A DNA stretch of 64,000 nt from the NCBI GenBank assembly GCA_965644265.1, contig OZ286467.1, positions 57,412,001 through 57,476,000 on the forward strand, in the 5' to 3' direction. The notes under the pieces were generated by a model. That model did not search any database. It saw only the letters and a list, made by a program, of their open reading frames with translations, and was not told the DNA's origin. The position numbers and the translations under genes were made by a program. This DNA comes from Glycera tridactyla. Lineage: Eukaryota. Below, piece after piece: positions 1 to 14,731 of this stretch (positions within the stretch are counted from its first letter, which is position 1; every line of letters starts with the position of its first letter).

Positions 1-25
1 ATTTTGCCTGCCTCTGCCACCAGGA

Positions 26-182
26 NNNNNNNNNNNNNNNNNNNNNNNNNNNNNNNNNNNNNNNNNNNNNNNNNNNNNNNNNNNNNNNNNNNNNNNNNNN
101 NNNNNNNNNNNNNNNNNNNNNNNNNNNNNNNNNNNNNNNNNNNNNNNNNNNNNNNNNNNNNNNNNNNNNNNNNNNNNNNNNN
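26..182. other. Assembly gap (157 N)
   Basis: Run of N from 26 to 182. Confidence 0.99.
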
Positions 183-355
183 TAAACAGTTTGAATGGAT
201 ATGTGGTGGGTCGTAACCCATATAAAGATCAGTGTCAGATATGATTGCCCGCTCTTGACTGAGTTTACTGACCCCTGACTACAGATGTGAACACAGTCAG
301 GTGAATCCATGTCTTGGAAGATCTCCGGGGAATGATCATCAAACTGATTTCACAT

Positions 356-356
<1 letters not shown>

Positions 357-408
<52 letters not shown>
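357..408. repeat. (GT)n microsatellite
   Basis: About 26 GT units; others are (GT)31 at 2605-2666 and (TAA)9 at 1922-1950. Confidence 0.98.
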
Positions 409-412
<4 letters not shown>

Positions 413-878
413 ATACATGCATGCATGTGAATTCAAGAGACTGTGTGAGAGATAGGTGAGATGTAGTGCTGCAACGATAACCCGATTAAATCGATTATTG
501 CATCGTTGAGAGGTCCGATGTAAATTGACAATCGGTTAAGTTATGGTCCCCAAATACAGATACAAAGTCATGATTTTGCTGCAAATTTTGAGTGTTTTGA
601 GGTCAGTCAGGGGAGTCTGAGCTCCGATTATTTAATCGATAATCAATCGCTGCTGAGTCCGATTAATTGATCATCACTTCAACAACCAAGTCTGAGCACT
701 AGTGAGATGTGGTGAGGAGCGGGAAGTGAGGGATACAGGATAATAGAATTGAACATGGATGGGTGTGATCTGGATGACAAAAATCGATGACAAACGACAT
801 GATGAACAACTATCGTGCCATGACAAAGGCCTCTTGATTTTTTTAATACATCTAACAATAGATAAGTAAGGCACTTAC

Positions 879-1918
879 GCAAATCCCACCATGCACCAGT
901 AGTTGTTGAGACCTTGGTATGGTCCTAACATAGGCAGCACGTCAGGACTGTATGTGATTGGCCCAGAGATGCACTGGGTGATTTCTGCCGTCTGTAGAAT
1001 GGGAAACAACTCCATCGCCATCTCGATATGCTTCTGAATGCGATCCAAGTCTGGCTCAAACAACTCTTTCCCAAAACCTAACAAAAAATAGGGTTGTTTG
1101 AAAAAAATGTAGTATCAATATTTCATGCCATCCAGCGTGCCTGAAGAGGGCCAGAAATCAGACTGGCCATTCACACTAATGAAGCGTCTCAATGATAGGA
1201 ACATAGATCTCGATATATTGCAATCATGTGTGTACCTCCAGGACTGGTAATTAACACAGTGCATACGCACCTTATGACGTTTCTTTTCAAGAATTCTTCA
1301 GGACATTTCCAGGATACTGAGCAATTTTCCTGGGAAAAGTCAATTACCTTGAACCATCAGATCTCTCTGTTGGTTTCTATCTTCACAGAATCAGCTCAGA
1401 AAGTATGTGATTAATTCTCAACACCACCAATTGAGCATAACTGTGTCTATTTGCCTGGTCAGAGTCAATGAATTCTGAGATCATGAAAAATGCTGATTTG
1501 CAATCAGGACAGAAATTCTGGTATGATTGCAAGCTTGAGATCATAAATCTCAGAGGTCAGGGGCCATAGTTAAAAGATACATGTACCCAAATATTTCATG
1601 GACAGTCATTAAAAACTACTCTCACATAACAATGAAAGAGAAGCCAAGAGAGGTGTTGTTCATTCCGGAGAGGTCACAATACAGACTGAGTTAAATGCTT
1701 GTACATTTTGGTGGCAAATTTTTATGTGACATTTGGATCCCTGGTGATCTTATAAATGAGGTCACATGGACATAAATCTGACCATTTTGTTGGATCCTCC
1801 AAAGCGGTATGCCGATCAAGTTTTATTGACTATGGATGAGGAGTTTTGCCGCAATCATGCTCACAAAATTTGTGACAAACAGACAGACAGACAGTATGAA
1901 ATCTGTAGAAGTCTCCTC

Positions 1919-1950
<32 letters not shown>

Positions 1951-2602
1951 GCAACTTTTTATCTAACAATATACAATAAACTTACCTGAAGTAACTCCAT
2001 TCCTGTACCAGTCATCACAGAGCCTCATCTTGTCTTCTTCCTCATACGGACCAAAGAGTAATCCTCCCCTCTCCTGCCGCAGGTAGTACGACCCCTCAAG
2101 GTCGCGGATCACTGGAAGCTCTGTCTTGAGTGCCTCAACCTCCGGAATGGGGTTTGTCACCAGGTACTGATGGTGGATGGCACACAGTGGCAGATCCAAT
2201 CCAGCAAGCTGACCGACTTCACGGCCCCAGAATCCTGCAAATCATGGCAAAATAGATCAGAGCCCATGAGACTGGCGTCGATTGGATTAAGTCAATAAAA
2301 CGAAAATAAAATCTCCGGTCATCTCATCAATATATCCCACCCGATGTCGCATTTTTCATCCACTTTCACTTCTACTCTGTGTCTCATAGTAAATTATGCA
2401 GGGATTATCTTTCTTAAGCGACGAACACACCTGTCCATTTTTTCGACTTCAGAATTTGGATCAGAATTCTGAAAGCTATCAGGTTCAAACATTTTACTGA
2501 TGGTATTCAGAATTCCAATCCGAATTCGGATGGCAAAGCACCATAAGGTGTGTTCGTGGCTTTAGAGATATTTTGACATCCAAACAGAGCTTCCCAGTGT
2601 AT

Positions 2603-2668
<66 letters not shown>

Positions 2669-5600
2669 ATGCATGTGTGAATGAGAGAGAAACACAGATG
2701 ATAAGAATCGGTAATAATGCAGCTATTGAATCCCACCAATTCTGATCGACTGTCTGAAAGGGAACTCTCTCTCACTTGGCAGTTGTTGTTTTAAACTAGA
2801 TGTATGTCCAGCATCGGATTATAGCCAAAGTCAGTTTGGCAGATATATGAAGGTAAGCAAAGGAGCAGGTGCTCAAAGTTCGAGAAATGTACATGAGAAG
2901 ACCTTCTGAAGTGGTTCTGATTGAGTAGCTTTCTCAAGTCCAAGGTGAGGAAATCGATGAGGTTGGTGCCAATTCTCAAAGCAGGATGTTGTTGATTTCA
3001 TAATGTTCAGTATTCCCACTCTTCTCCCCAGAGACCATAACATTGGTCATATCAACATGAGAAGGAATGGAACCCACCAGCATGTGTATAACTACAATTT
3101 ATTGCAGCTTTTCTATTGATACATGCTCTCTGTTCTATTACTAGAAATCCTCAAAGTGCAAACTGTATCTGATTCTTGCCATCAAGTTTACATACCCGCC
3201 GCGTTGACCAGGTGTTTGGTGCGTATTGTTCCTTTCGGCGTTACAACATCCCACAATCCATCAGACCGTTGTGTCGTTGCATCGACCGATGCACTCTGGT
3301 AGATATCAGCTCCATATTTGCGTGCACCAATAGCAAATGCTTGAGTCAATGAGTATGGGTCAATGTGCCCATCACCTGGTGTGATCAGCCCCGCAAGTAC
3401 CTGCAAAATATCGACACGAAGTAGTATACATTTTGTATTTCAGCTTATTGAACAATGATACATCTTTTGCAGAAAAGAATGCCTTCTTTACATTAGGCCT
3501 ATATCATTTATTCAAATATAGTGATGGTCTGATATTTTTGGTTCTGATTCTCAAACATAGCATCGGATATTTTTGATGGTGAAAGTCATACAAATATTAT
3601 CCTTATTATTATATCATTATATGTGAATTATATGTTATTATATCGATGGCTCAGCGCAATACTAGGCTAACTCACTATAGACAAAGAGAAGAGTTAGCCT
3701 AGTATTGCGCTGAGCCATCGATATTATCCTCTGTGAATGGGAGCATTTGCTGACGAAGGTGATCTTGTTAACTTGAGATGACTCACCTTCCCTTTATCGA
3801 TGACTGGCAACATCTCTTCAACCTCTTCTCCAGTCAGCATCCATTGCTGCGCTTTATTCCATCCCTGGCGAGACATCTGATATCGGAACTCATCCACACG
3901 TTCAGGCGTCAACGCCAAGCGAATGCTGCCAGGTTGATGATATCCTACAGCCTGTCAAGAAACAGTTTTTACGTCAGGCACATTGCATACTTTACGGTCG
4001 CCATCAAGTTCAACTAAATGCTTATAGTTCTTCAAATCTTTGTGATAGACGATCGAACAAGGGAATAGCCCAATCTTTCACAGTTGTGTTCCCTTAAATG
4101 AAGCTCCATCATCCTTCAAGCTCTTCTCTTGTTCAGAGCTCCATGCTGAGACATTTTCTACTGCAACTGAGTTCATACAGATCGGTCACTTCAAAATTCC
4201 CGACTATTTACTGACTTTTCCCCTTTCTTCAACAGAAATTCCCTGAATAAGATTTTCATTAAGCAACACAGCTGATGAAACAAGATAAAGATAGATCACA
4301 CGTTCCTGGAATTCGAAATTCATGACTTCTCACTGACTCTTGCCTTTTTGAAAACCAAATTTCCTTCTTCACAGACCACCCAAGTCATCACACATTTAAA
4401 CAATAACACTGGATCTTCCCATGAGTGACCATCAAATGAGCAACCGCCTCTCTTGAATGACTTTTTGCCGCCAAAATCATTCTCCTTATAATATGATTTA
4501 CATTTAAGGTACCCCTTTTTTGAGCGACCATATATCTTGAACGCCTACCTTCGAACAGTCAGAAAATCTCAAATGAGCGACTCTTGGAAAGTCGAGACAG
4601 ACATATTTTGTGGGTCTTCTCATGCCGGATGAGAGCATGGATGTTATCGCTAGTTATGGCTAAAGTGAATTCATCACTATTATGGTGAGAGTACTGATAT
4701 TTCTCAAAAAGATGTCTTCTGATATGCGTGTTTGGTATAATCATTTGGTGTTCGTTGACTGAGAACAAGCAAGATCACGGCCACAGGTGCAACTCTGTCC
4801 TGTATCGAGTGAATTTATCCTGACCATGGCGAAAATGTCAATATTTGTTCAGTCGTCTCATTTACAAATATAAGATATCAATATGACACTATTTGGATGT
4901 ATGAAACATGATTTGTGAGCCGAATGTGAGCTGAATGCACACACTGAAAATCACTTTGTGGTTTTAGTCCTGTCACCGGCCGACTTTGAACCTCTAAAGG
5001 GGCGACCACCTCTTTTGAACAACCAATTTTGCTTGACAATATCACAAGAGAGGTTTTACGGTAGTAACAGAGCTTCAGATTTTCTCAGAGGTCCATGGGC
5101 TTTTGACCCATGGATCGGGAATATCATGGATCAATAGACAAAACTACAGGCCATCTACCATTTATGGATAACCTCCTCTAAAGACCACCTCTCTATGAAG
5201 AAAACTCTGAGCTGCGACTGTGGTAGTATTTTGAACAGTAAATGACTTTTCTTAAAAGACCATATACCTATAAAGGGCATTTTTTTATGCGACCTAAGGT
5301 GGTCCTTATAGAGAGGTTCAACTGTATTTGTTCAAATCCTGTTCCCTCAGCAACAGTCATGAAATAAACAAAGGAACTTCTTACTTCATATGTGCCAATT
5401 GCTCCAAAATCTTTCTGATCACTGGGCAATAAAAATTGTAGGTAAAACGTGACCTGCCTGATCGTCACACCTGGTTGCCAATGTCAGTCAGCAGGTATCA
5501 GTTTCAAGCTTCCCATTCCAACATATCCAATATAATATACAGTTGAATAAACCTTCAAAGAAAGACTATGTATTTTGTGAAATATCTCTGTATTTTAGGA

Positions 5601-8600
5601 TTGACCCAGATACAGTCGAACCTGTCTAGAAAGACCGCCTTTGGTCACATCAAAAAGTGGTCTTTATGGGCAGGTGGTCTTCATAGAGAGGTCATTTACT
5701 GTTGAAAATACTAGCACGGTCGCACCTCAGGGAGGTCTTTGTAGGCAGGTGGTCTTTATAGAGAGGTGGTCTTTAGAGCAGGTTTGACTGCCGCTTCAAT
5801 TCTGTTGAGTTTAACTGGACTCAGGATGGTAGCAATGGATGAGATTTCTATCTGAACATAATGATTGAAGACAGGCATGAAACATTACTTTCAACAAGCC
5901 CCTCAATGTTTCATCCATCATTTTTAAAAAGGAATACACTGAAAACATTTTGTCCAGCCTCAATATTACAAAATTCATGATGATAGTGTACCTCCTGATG
6001 TATTGATTCATTCTCAACGATAAGAGAACTATGAAATAAAATCATCTGGACAATCACCAAATCATGTCCTGTATCATTAGCTGGCTGTCAGCACAGGATA
6101 GCACCATGTGGTGGACAACAATTCACCTTTGTTGACCAACTAAGATGAGACACAGGGCTGGGATCTGCAGCTGAAATCGGGTCATGCATGGAAGACTGCA
6201 AAATCTGGTGCGCCATTATTGCTCGGGGAGACCCGACCTGATGATGATGTATCATTAAAAGAACAGTCAATCACAAAAATGTGCTGCATGAATCCATTTC
6301 TCCCTGACCAACTATGAAATTCGCTGACCTTTTTCAAAATGTGCATGTCAAATCAAAATTCCCTCACTTGCATTGAAATTCCCTGAATTTCCCCTGACCT
6401 TGAGGAATTTCATTTTTCCCTGAACCGTATGAGCCCTGTGCAACGAGCATCAGATCGAATGTATGGGGCTGCTTGGTGCAGGTACATGGACCAGGAGAAG
6501 GTAATTGAACCAGAGTGTCAATGACACCGAAACCCATCTGGCCCTGTATCTGTGCATGCATACCAATACTGATCACAGACTATTAAGTAAATAAGGCTCA
6601 TTGAGGAGACACAGTGTGTGCGTGCGTGCATGCATGCACGCATGAAATTCTTACCTGTCCTGTTTCCTCTTCCAACGTTTCAAACAACTTCAAGCTGTCA
6701 TAGTGGAGATGTTTCACATTAATTCCAGGATGAAAGTAGGTTGTCAAGCCAGCCTGAAACAGGCACGATCATCATCAGTGCTCTATGCATAGGCCAGCCT
6801 TACTGGAATCAGCGGCTTGGAAAACTGTTCCAACAGGGGAAGATCAGAGTGCATGTCCTATGCACAGGTACGCACTGTGACCTGTGATTTTGTGGAGAAG
6901 GCAGATGAAAATTCAATTTATCTGCCCAAAGGACATCTCTGAAGAGGAAAAGCAATGTGGAGCCTGGACAATGATTCTGGTGAGGGGAAAAATGACAAAA
7001 GTGAAAGAAAAGATGATCAATTATATTGATTATAAATACATGTATCAGTATCCAGAATTGCTGGGTCTCCGTTTGGCACTCTCACCTGTCGGGAGATGCA
7101 AATCCCTACATGCAAGAGCGGAACAAGTGGTGAGCACCAAACTTCAAATACAATCACTATCACGAAAAAACCATCATTATCTCCTCAATCATCCCAGGCA
7201 AGTGATACAAACCACGCACATCATAAGTACATGCTTGTGGAAATGTCAATAATAACAGCCACCTCAGCAATTCTATTTGTGTTCACATGGTAGCATCACA
7301 TGCAGTCAGACCTGCTCAAGAGACTGCCTTTATATAATGGCCAACTGTTTTTAATGGTCATCCTATGCAGTCCATGATAGTACTTCCTACAGTGAACAGC
7401 CTCTCTACAAAGACCACCTGTCTACAGAGAATGTGACTGAGGGTGGTCTTCCTAGACAGTTTTGATTAAAGTGGCTGAATCAAGAATTAAATTCAGCATA
7501 CCCATCTGACATCTGTGCCAGAGAGCATTCTAGTCTAGTTATGACTGCTTGACCTGAAGTCTAAATGTTATTTACCGAAACTGTTTCCTAGACAGATTTC
7601 ACTCACATTTAGATTGGTGGCCAATAATAAAGTTATACTTAGTGATGTACCAATTTTCGACTATAGATGATGTCATTTGGATAGCTCTGACAAATCAGAT
7701 ATTCAAATGACAAGTCAATGTTCGATTCTGTTCCAGTGATCCATCTACAACCCTCAACCTCATCTCAGCCTGCTTGGACTCATTGCTTTCATAACCGCCT
7801 GCATCCCACCAGATCAGTTATTTTGATGGTGAATGCATCCACATCTGACCACTACATCAGCTCACCTTTCCCCCTTCATGTAAAAACCCCTCCTAGCCAC
7901 ATGCTGGAAGAAATGTGCACTATGAGTAAATGGAAAATAATTGGTTACCTTGGAAACTGAAGCCTGGCACAATGCAAGTTTTTAGTTTTTGATTATTGAC
8001 TTGACTCCTAAATGTTATTTCCTTCAGGAGCTAAATAGAACAATTTGCCTGTGAGAGTATGAGTCTGAAATATGGTAAAAATCAAACATTGTTTGAAGTT
8101 TGTTTGGTTACAAAAAATAGACTTCAAACATAACAAAAAACAATTTCCAATACTAGCTAATAGGTATTACAAAATGAGTAAGAATAATTTACAACTTACA
8201 GCGTGCCATGTTGAACCTGCAGTCAGCTCTGTCTTCTCGAGCAGAACAACATCAGACACGCCTAATTTGGCAAGATGATATGCCAAACTTGTGCCGACCG
8301 CTCCTCCGCCTATGATAACGACATTAGCCGTATCCTTCCATCGTTTGCCAAGTGATGTGGCTCCCTCACTGAAACATAAATTTGAACATCATTTTTCGAA
8401 TTTCCAAACTCATCTGATGGCACAAGCCGATTCAAAGTCTGAGAGAATGAAATTCAGGAATTCGAATCTATAACTGCAACTCCCGTTTCAAATCTTGGAT
8501 GAGTTCGCAATTCTGATATGGGATGGATACCACGAAATGTTCAAGAGATAATGAGTGGGAACCTCTCGGCCAATCAGATGCTACCATTTGGTGAAAAATC

Positions 8601-11600
8601 ACTCAAGTTTGATAGTTTTTGCATGCAACACATTGTTTTCATATGTGGATCATTTGTACCAATTTATTTCAAAATAAAGTCATTGAAGAAGTCATGGGCC
8701 AGACATGAATCAACCGATCAGAGGCCACCAATTGGCGGAAAATGAATCAAGTGTGACAGTTTTATGTATGTGACATGTCATCTTCATATGATGATCATTT
8801 GTATCAATATGTCTAAAAATCAAGGAATGGAAGTTAAAGTCATCAGGCAAACACAAGAATGTCCATACACACAGACACAGACACATGGGCAGGGCATACA
8901 CTATATGCCCATCCGAGATAATACGGCTAGGGCATCACAAAAAAGTATTGCACTCGAACCTCGACCTTCTGTATCACAAACAAATTGTTCATCATTAACA
9001 ATGTAACTAACAGTTCATAGTAAACAGTAATCTTAACTGCTGGTTGGTTCACCAGTACGCCATGACCCCTCCAATAATGGATTTATATAGCTGTGCATTC
9101 CAGACCTACTAGTAATAGGCCTGAATACTTCTTTCCATGCACGCATCACTGGCATCCCTCTAGGATGGGAAACAGTATTGCCGAATGGTCCCTGCGATAT
9201 GAAAATTATCTAAGCAATTCAGAGAACACTCTCTAGAAATAAAACATTTCATTGAATCAGTTAAATCCAAAAATAAATGAATAATGGCATCAATATCAAT
9301 TAATATTTCATTTATTCACCAAAACAAATGGGAATCATTTAGCACCACCACTGATGCCACAGCCACCACCACTACCGCCAACATCACCACCACCACCAAG
9401 TTATGTACAAGCGCCTGCTCACGGGAGGTTTAGCTGTACAATCTATCTGGACTCTGTCCACATTGCAGAAAATCTCTATCCCTTCAAGAATTATGCCAGA
9501 CAGATGCCAACAAATCAAAGAATTCAGATGCCATGAGAGATGGGATCATGATTTTTTTATCAATTGATCTGCACTATTATGCCAAATTATGAAATCATAG
9601 ATAAATTTGCTCTCTGAGTCTCCTTGTATTCAGGGTTTGTGAGAGTGATGTTTGCAGGCGAGAGAAGATCTAGCTTCCATTAACCAGGAACATGTGGCAT
9701 ACACAACCCTAAGCTTGATACATGCCAAGAACCTCAAACAAACAAGCAAAACCTATGATACAATATTTGGCACTGTTTCTTCTGCAACATGGATTTCTCC
9801 AAGCCCTGCTGATAAGGGGTTACACATCAATGATATATACTGATAATGATAGCTGCAGAAACAGGAACAGAGCAGTTCCTGGGCGTGAGATAACAATGAT
9901 AACTGGAAGATATATAATGCAGGTTGGTCAACTACAGTAAAACCTGTCTTGAGTGAAAAGTCACGGGACCATACTTTTCTTTCACTTAAGACAGGATTTT
10001 GCTTAGCGCAGGACAATTATAGTGAGAAAAAAACAACTGAGCAGACCGTGGGGTATGTGCTTAAGACAGGATTTTGCCTAGCGCAGGTTTACACTCCAGC
10101 AGGTTTCACTGTACCTATTATCTACATGCTGTGAGCTGACCGTGACCCTGATAATTCACCAACTAAACTCACCTCAAATGACCAGTTGCAAGGGCGGCAA
10201 CTAACCAATATGAGACTGCCTTCAAAAGGAGACCACATCATAAGCACAGCTTCTCTATTTGACAAAGTCATCTATACTTTCAATGAGAGACCTCACTTGA
10301 GAGGGATTTTCGGTATATCTAGGACAGTGTCTCATTGCTGTAAGCATACACTGTAATAAGCAAGAACCTTTTTTCAAGCAACCTTGCTGCATCTATTCAG
10401 CCTGTGTATCTAGATTTCAACTCACCTGTACCGAGCATACACCTAAGAAGTCACTTTTGTGCCTTCGCTTGGCCACATGCTAAGGACAGAGCGTGACAAA
10501 GAATGTGATATCCCTGGGTTCCCTCTAGCAAGAAAAAGCTTTTAGCGAATGATTCTAGCAAAATGGAAATAGTTTTAGCAATTCAGAAAGCATTTCAATG
10601 AATGAGCTCACAAAAATGGAAAGTTATTGGCATTTTTATCCCAAATCAATTTCTATTGCATTGCTCTCATGAAAACAAATGAAATTAATGAAAATTCATT
10701 CACAATAAATCCCCCATCACCACCTTGCTTCCATCAGGATTGAAAATGATTTTAGCAAATTAGATTTTAGCTTCAGAATTTGACCTGATGGATTATATAA
10801 AGTGCTAATCTATAGAGAACCCTGTCCTTTTTCATGCTTTTCATTGGCTGGAAATGAAGACTAATAACAAGGCAAGATGCGAGATAAAAAACCTGGTAGC
10901 GTGACAGTACCATTGGCTTAGTGATCTTGAAGGCCCGATGGATATCCTTGATATATTTCATAAAAAAACACCACAACTCATCTTCATCACTTCCATCCAA
11001 TGCATTCATCGATGATATTGCAGGATAAAACAATGATGGTCATCAACCGCTGATGCTCATCTAATCAAAATGTTTTCCCAGTTACTTCACCAAGACACAA
11101 TAGTGTTTTGGCAAATACAGTCAAATTTGTCCTAAGCATGAAGCCGCAGGACGTAAAAAACGTGTGTGCTTAGAGTAAGTTCATGCTTAGAACAGGTCAA
11201 ATATACCGAGAAATACTCTGGTGGGATTAACAGAATCCTGTTGCTTGGGCAGGGCTCTACGTTGCTACCTGTGGGTAGCCAATTGCTACCAAATTTACCC
11301 TCTGGCTACCATATTTTGAAAGTTAGGAGCCAGCCGCCCCTAAAATTTTGAGGGGCTGTAATTGGCAATACATTGATTGGCTACCAAAGTTTTGCACTTG
11401 CTACCGAATATTTCAACTTAGGAGCCAGCCAGCTCCTAAATATTTTGACCAATGTAGAGCCCTGTTAGGACACGTTCTTGCTTAGTACAATTCTTGCTCA
11501 GGACAAGTTTGACTGTATATGATTTTCCCAAATTGTGAGTTGCGGCTCCAATTGGAAATGGCATTTTCCACATCAGATTGCCCAAGTTGCTCGAGGAATG

Positions 11601-14600
11601 GTTTCAGGGCCTTTGGGACCTCTTGATTCCGTGCCCTGAATAAACACAGATAATCCCGAGCTTGTCATCCGGCCGATACAGGTTTACTTGGTGACCAAGA
11701 TACCAATCAGGAATGACCCGGGGGAAGCAGCCAGTTTGAACCAGACCTGCTATTACCAGGTCAAGTGTGTTGTGACGCTGGAATTTATCCATTGATGTTC
11801 TGAGAACTCCAATAACAAACTGACATTGTTTGTGGCCACACAAGTATCTAGATAAACAGCATGGAGATTGGGTGGGGTATATAAAAGACTATCACTATAG
11901 TTGCGAATATGTTGCTATTCGTTCTAAGATCATCCATGATGAACAAAAATTTACCTACTTCGGAACGATTTGTTGAGACAACGCCACTGATCCATTACGT
12001 GATCAAGACTGCTTGTAGAGTGGTCATGAAACATCTCAACAAATAGTTCCTAAGTAGTTTAATTTTTGACTATCACTATTAAGGGTAAGACGATTCACCG
12101 AAATTTCGATAATATCGATCGTTTGCAAAAAAACAATCGTTTCGAAACTAGGAGGAGTGTTTCGTAGTATTTCGAAATACAAAGAAACATGGCTGATGAA
12201 TACTCACATATGCCAATGAATACAGAAAATGCACCTTGTTTAAAGAAAACCCATTGCGGAGAGCCCGAATGATGGAGATTTGATGAACTTTTTACCAGCA
12301 ATGTCTTTATGTTCAATAGTAATCAGCAATATTTCACGACCACCAAAATATGGGTGGCTTGCTCATGTCACTTGCAACTGGGAGGACCATGCCAGACTCC
12401 TGAAAGAGGGTTACATGGCATTTCCTTTAGTCATTCATTTTGTGAGGTGTGTTTCTAGAAATGTTTCGTATCGCGACCAAAGTGTTTCGTCCCAGCCCTA
12501 ATCACTATACATGGTCGATCCCTCAAGGATGCTGCATGTAGAGGCAGTGATGAACGTATGATTTCAGTTCTGACATGTCTCGTGGACTAGAATTATTAGG
12601 GTTCATAGCACAGAATGGTGGACCAGCTCACAATTATCAAGGGTTAATAAGATTGAAAAGTCTGGGTCAACTGACCCATAGTGGAAGATATTGATGGGAA
12701 TCAATGGGGTCAAGAACCTGGCCTCACAAGCAATCTGAAATGGGGAAGGGGGGAGGGGGTTGAGGCTGCATCTACTCACATATAGTACAATGAAAATTTT
12801 CATGGGCGTTGAATTGTGTTGATGCTAGAAGAAAAAGGAATAGGCTAGCTCACTGGGTTGATGCTAGAAAAAAAAGGAATAGGCTAGTTCACTGGACTGA
12901 CTGGTCATATAGAAAAGTAAGTGTGAAACATGAAGTTTTATGACATGGCAATAACCACCTTGGGCATTTATATGTAGACCTTTGTAGTGCCAAGGGGTCA
13001 TCTTATCATACTAATGGATACAGAGTGAGAACACATCAAGAAAGTTCAGTTATCTACCTGGAACCTAATATGCCAAGTGTCCATAATCATTTCCCACCTG
13101 CCCATTAGGTATATTTGTACAAATTTGCAGCATTACCAACACTTGCCATGTTGACATCTTGCGGGCCACACACTATTTTGGGAGTGGTTATCAGAGTAGC
13201 AGGCTGATCTGTACTTGACAGCAACTGAGAGTGCTGATAATTGACTATAAACCTACTATCCGAGTGATAAGCTCCATGTGAGCCATCCTTGATAGTAGTG
13301 AGTTGTCAGATAATCAGGCCGGTTCTTACTGGCAAGCTTGGTATTCTGACTGAACACCGGCCATCAAGATAACCTGAAGTACAAACTTCCATCAGCTGTC
13401 TTGAGTAAATTTCACTCACCTTCAAGCAACCTGGCCAAAGGGACTTTCTTTGGGATAAATGCTCCAATATGCATGTACTTTACATCTCTATTTGATGCAT
13501 GATTTGAGGGCTTGAGATCCCCAAATCATGCTTCATATTGAGACTGATCGGAGGATGAGATTATGAAAAATCTATGGAAGTGTTTTTTAATTCAGAAATG
13601 ATACCTAATGATAAAAGTCCTGGCTGCACTTTCATAATTTCAAGTCTCTGACTGGATAAAATGATAGATTTGTAATGACATTTGCTCAAGCATCAATACT
13701 GGCAATGGTGAGACAGACATGAAGCTTCAAGTCCTTATCTATTCCTATGATCCAGGGACTACACCTGAGATTTATTGTTCATTTCTACAACATCCTGAAC
13801 GGCAATATAGTCAAACCTGTCTACAAAGACCACACTTTGTCACAGGAAAAGGCAGGGCTCTACATTAACTTTCTTCTTAATTTTTGGTGCCTAGCCCCTC
13901 TCTGACATTTCTGGATTCACCACTAAGACAGGTTCATGTTGTGAGCAAATTGTGTGAAAGGTAGGGAAAATTATTATATGCCAACCATTATTTGAGCCGA
14001 TATTAAAATCCCCTCCCCATATTTGATTATGTGGTTGACACAGTCAAACCTGCTCTAATGACTGACTGACTACAAAGGCTACCTGCCAACACAGACCACC
14101 CTGAGTGGTGATCATGATGAGTCAAACCAGTTATACACCACCTCCTGCATACCTAGGTCACCCTGGATACAATAGTAAATTGTACAGAATACCTCCCTAG
14201 AAAGGTCACGTGTCCATAAAGCCCACTTCTTGCGTGACAAAGTGTGGTCTCTGTAGACAGGTTTCACTTGAGAGTACTGGATATCACTGAAAGCGATACA
14301 TAATGAAAATCTCACTACACTACTATGTGCAATGGGATCATTTGATATTAACTCCCCGAAATAATCACACTGAATGGTCGTATCAAAAATTGTATAGTCT
14401 AAAAAAAGTTAATTCTTAAGAAAGGGAGGGGTTCCACAAAAGTGGTCTCTTTAAAGAGGTGGTATATCTTCTCAGAACTACTCAGAGGAATCCAATTTCA
14501 CTTTCCATCAACTATAACCCTAGCCATATTATCTGAGGATCTCGATGATAAATGAGGTCACAGAGTACCCAAGTTGGTCAGACAATAAAAATAGAAGTTG

Positions 14601-14731
14601 TTTTACCATGTTTACCTTGGCTTCTGATCCTTGAAGAGTTCAGTTGAGCTCAATGAGCGAACCACCTGGACGCGAGAAGGTGCCTGCAGGAATTGCCTAC
14701 CAAGGCGACAGCACTGCAGCATCGCAGACAT
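879..14731 (-). CDS. DMGDH: Dimethylglycine dehydrogenase, mitochondrial; exons 1-7, 3' part lies left of the window
   Basis: Exons (- strand): 14731-14616, 8368-8200, 6753-6655, 3951-3787, 3400-3196, 2234-1986, 1077-879; all GT-AG with matching phases. Translation: transit-peptide-like [29 protein letters not shown]; FAD dinucleotide motif [19 protein letters not shown]; [20 protein letters not shown] (covalent-FAD His); [11 protein letters not shown]; [22 protein letters not shown]; [11 protein letters not shown]. The TTYFHPGIN and RQER motifs match DMGDH rather than SARDH. Confidence 0.97.
3640..3724. repeat. Perfect 34-bp inverted repeat with 17-nt loop
   Basis: ATATCGATGGCTCAGCGCAATACTAGGCTAACTC (3640-3673) and its exact reverse complement (3691-3724). 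Confidence 0.95.
5613..5790 (+). mobile_element. Tc1/mariner-type MITE, ~180-bp family A
   Basis: TIR CAGTCGAACCTG...CAGGTTTGACTG with internal AGAGGTGGTCTTTAT repeats; near-identical copies listed below. Confidence 0.8.
9935..10111. mobile_element. TA-flanked MITE, related family
   Basis: TA|CAGTAAAACCTG...CAGGTTTCACTG|TA. Confidence 0.75.
11118..11515. mobile_element. TA-flanked MITE carrying a nested hAT-like MITE (11250-11464)
   Basis: Outer TA|CAGTCAAA..TTTGACTG|TA; inner TIR CAGGGCTCTAC / GTAGAGCCCTG. Confidence 0.7.

Noticed and set aside
2494-2775. ORFs with HTHTHT runs
   Set aside because: Translation of the (GT)n microsatellite in DMGDH intron 5; no splice-compatible coding signal.
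12818-12897. Two tandem copies of a ~40-bp sequence
   Set aside because: Simple local duplication in an intron with no further structure.
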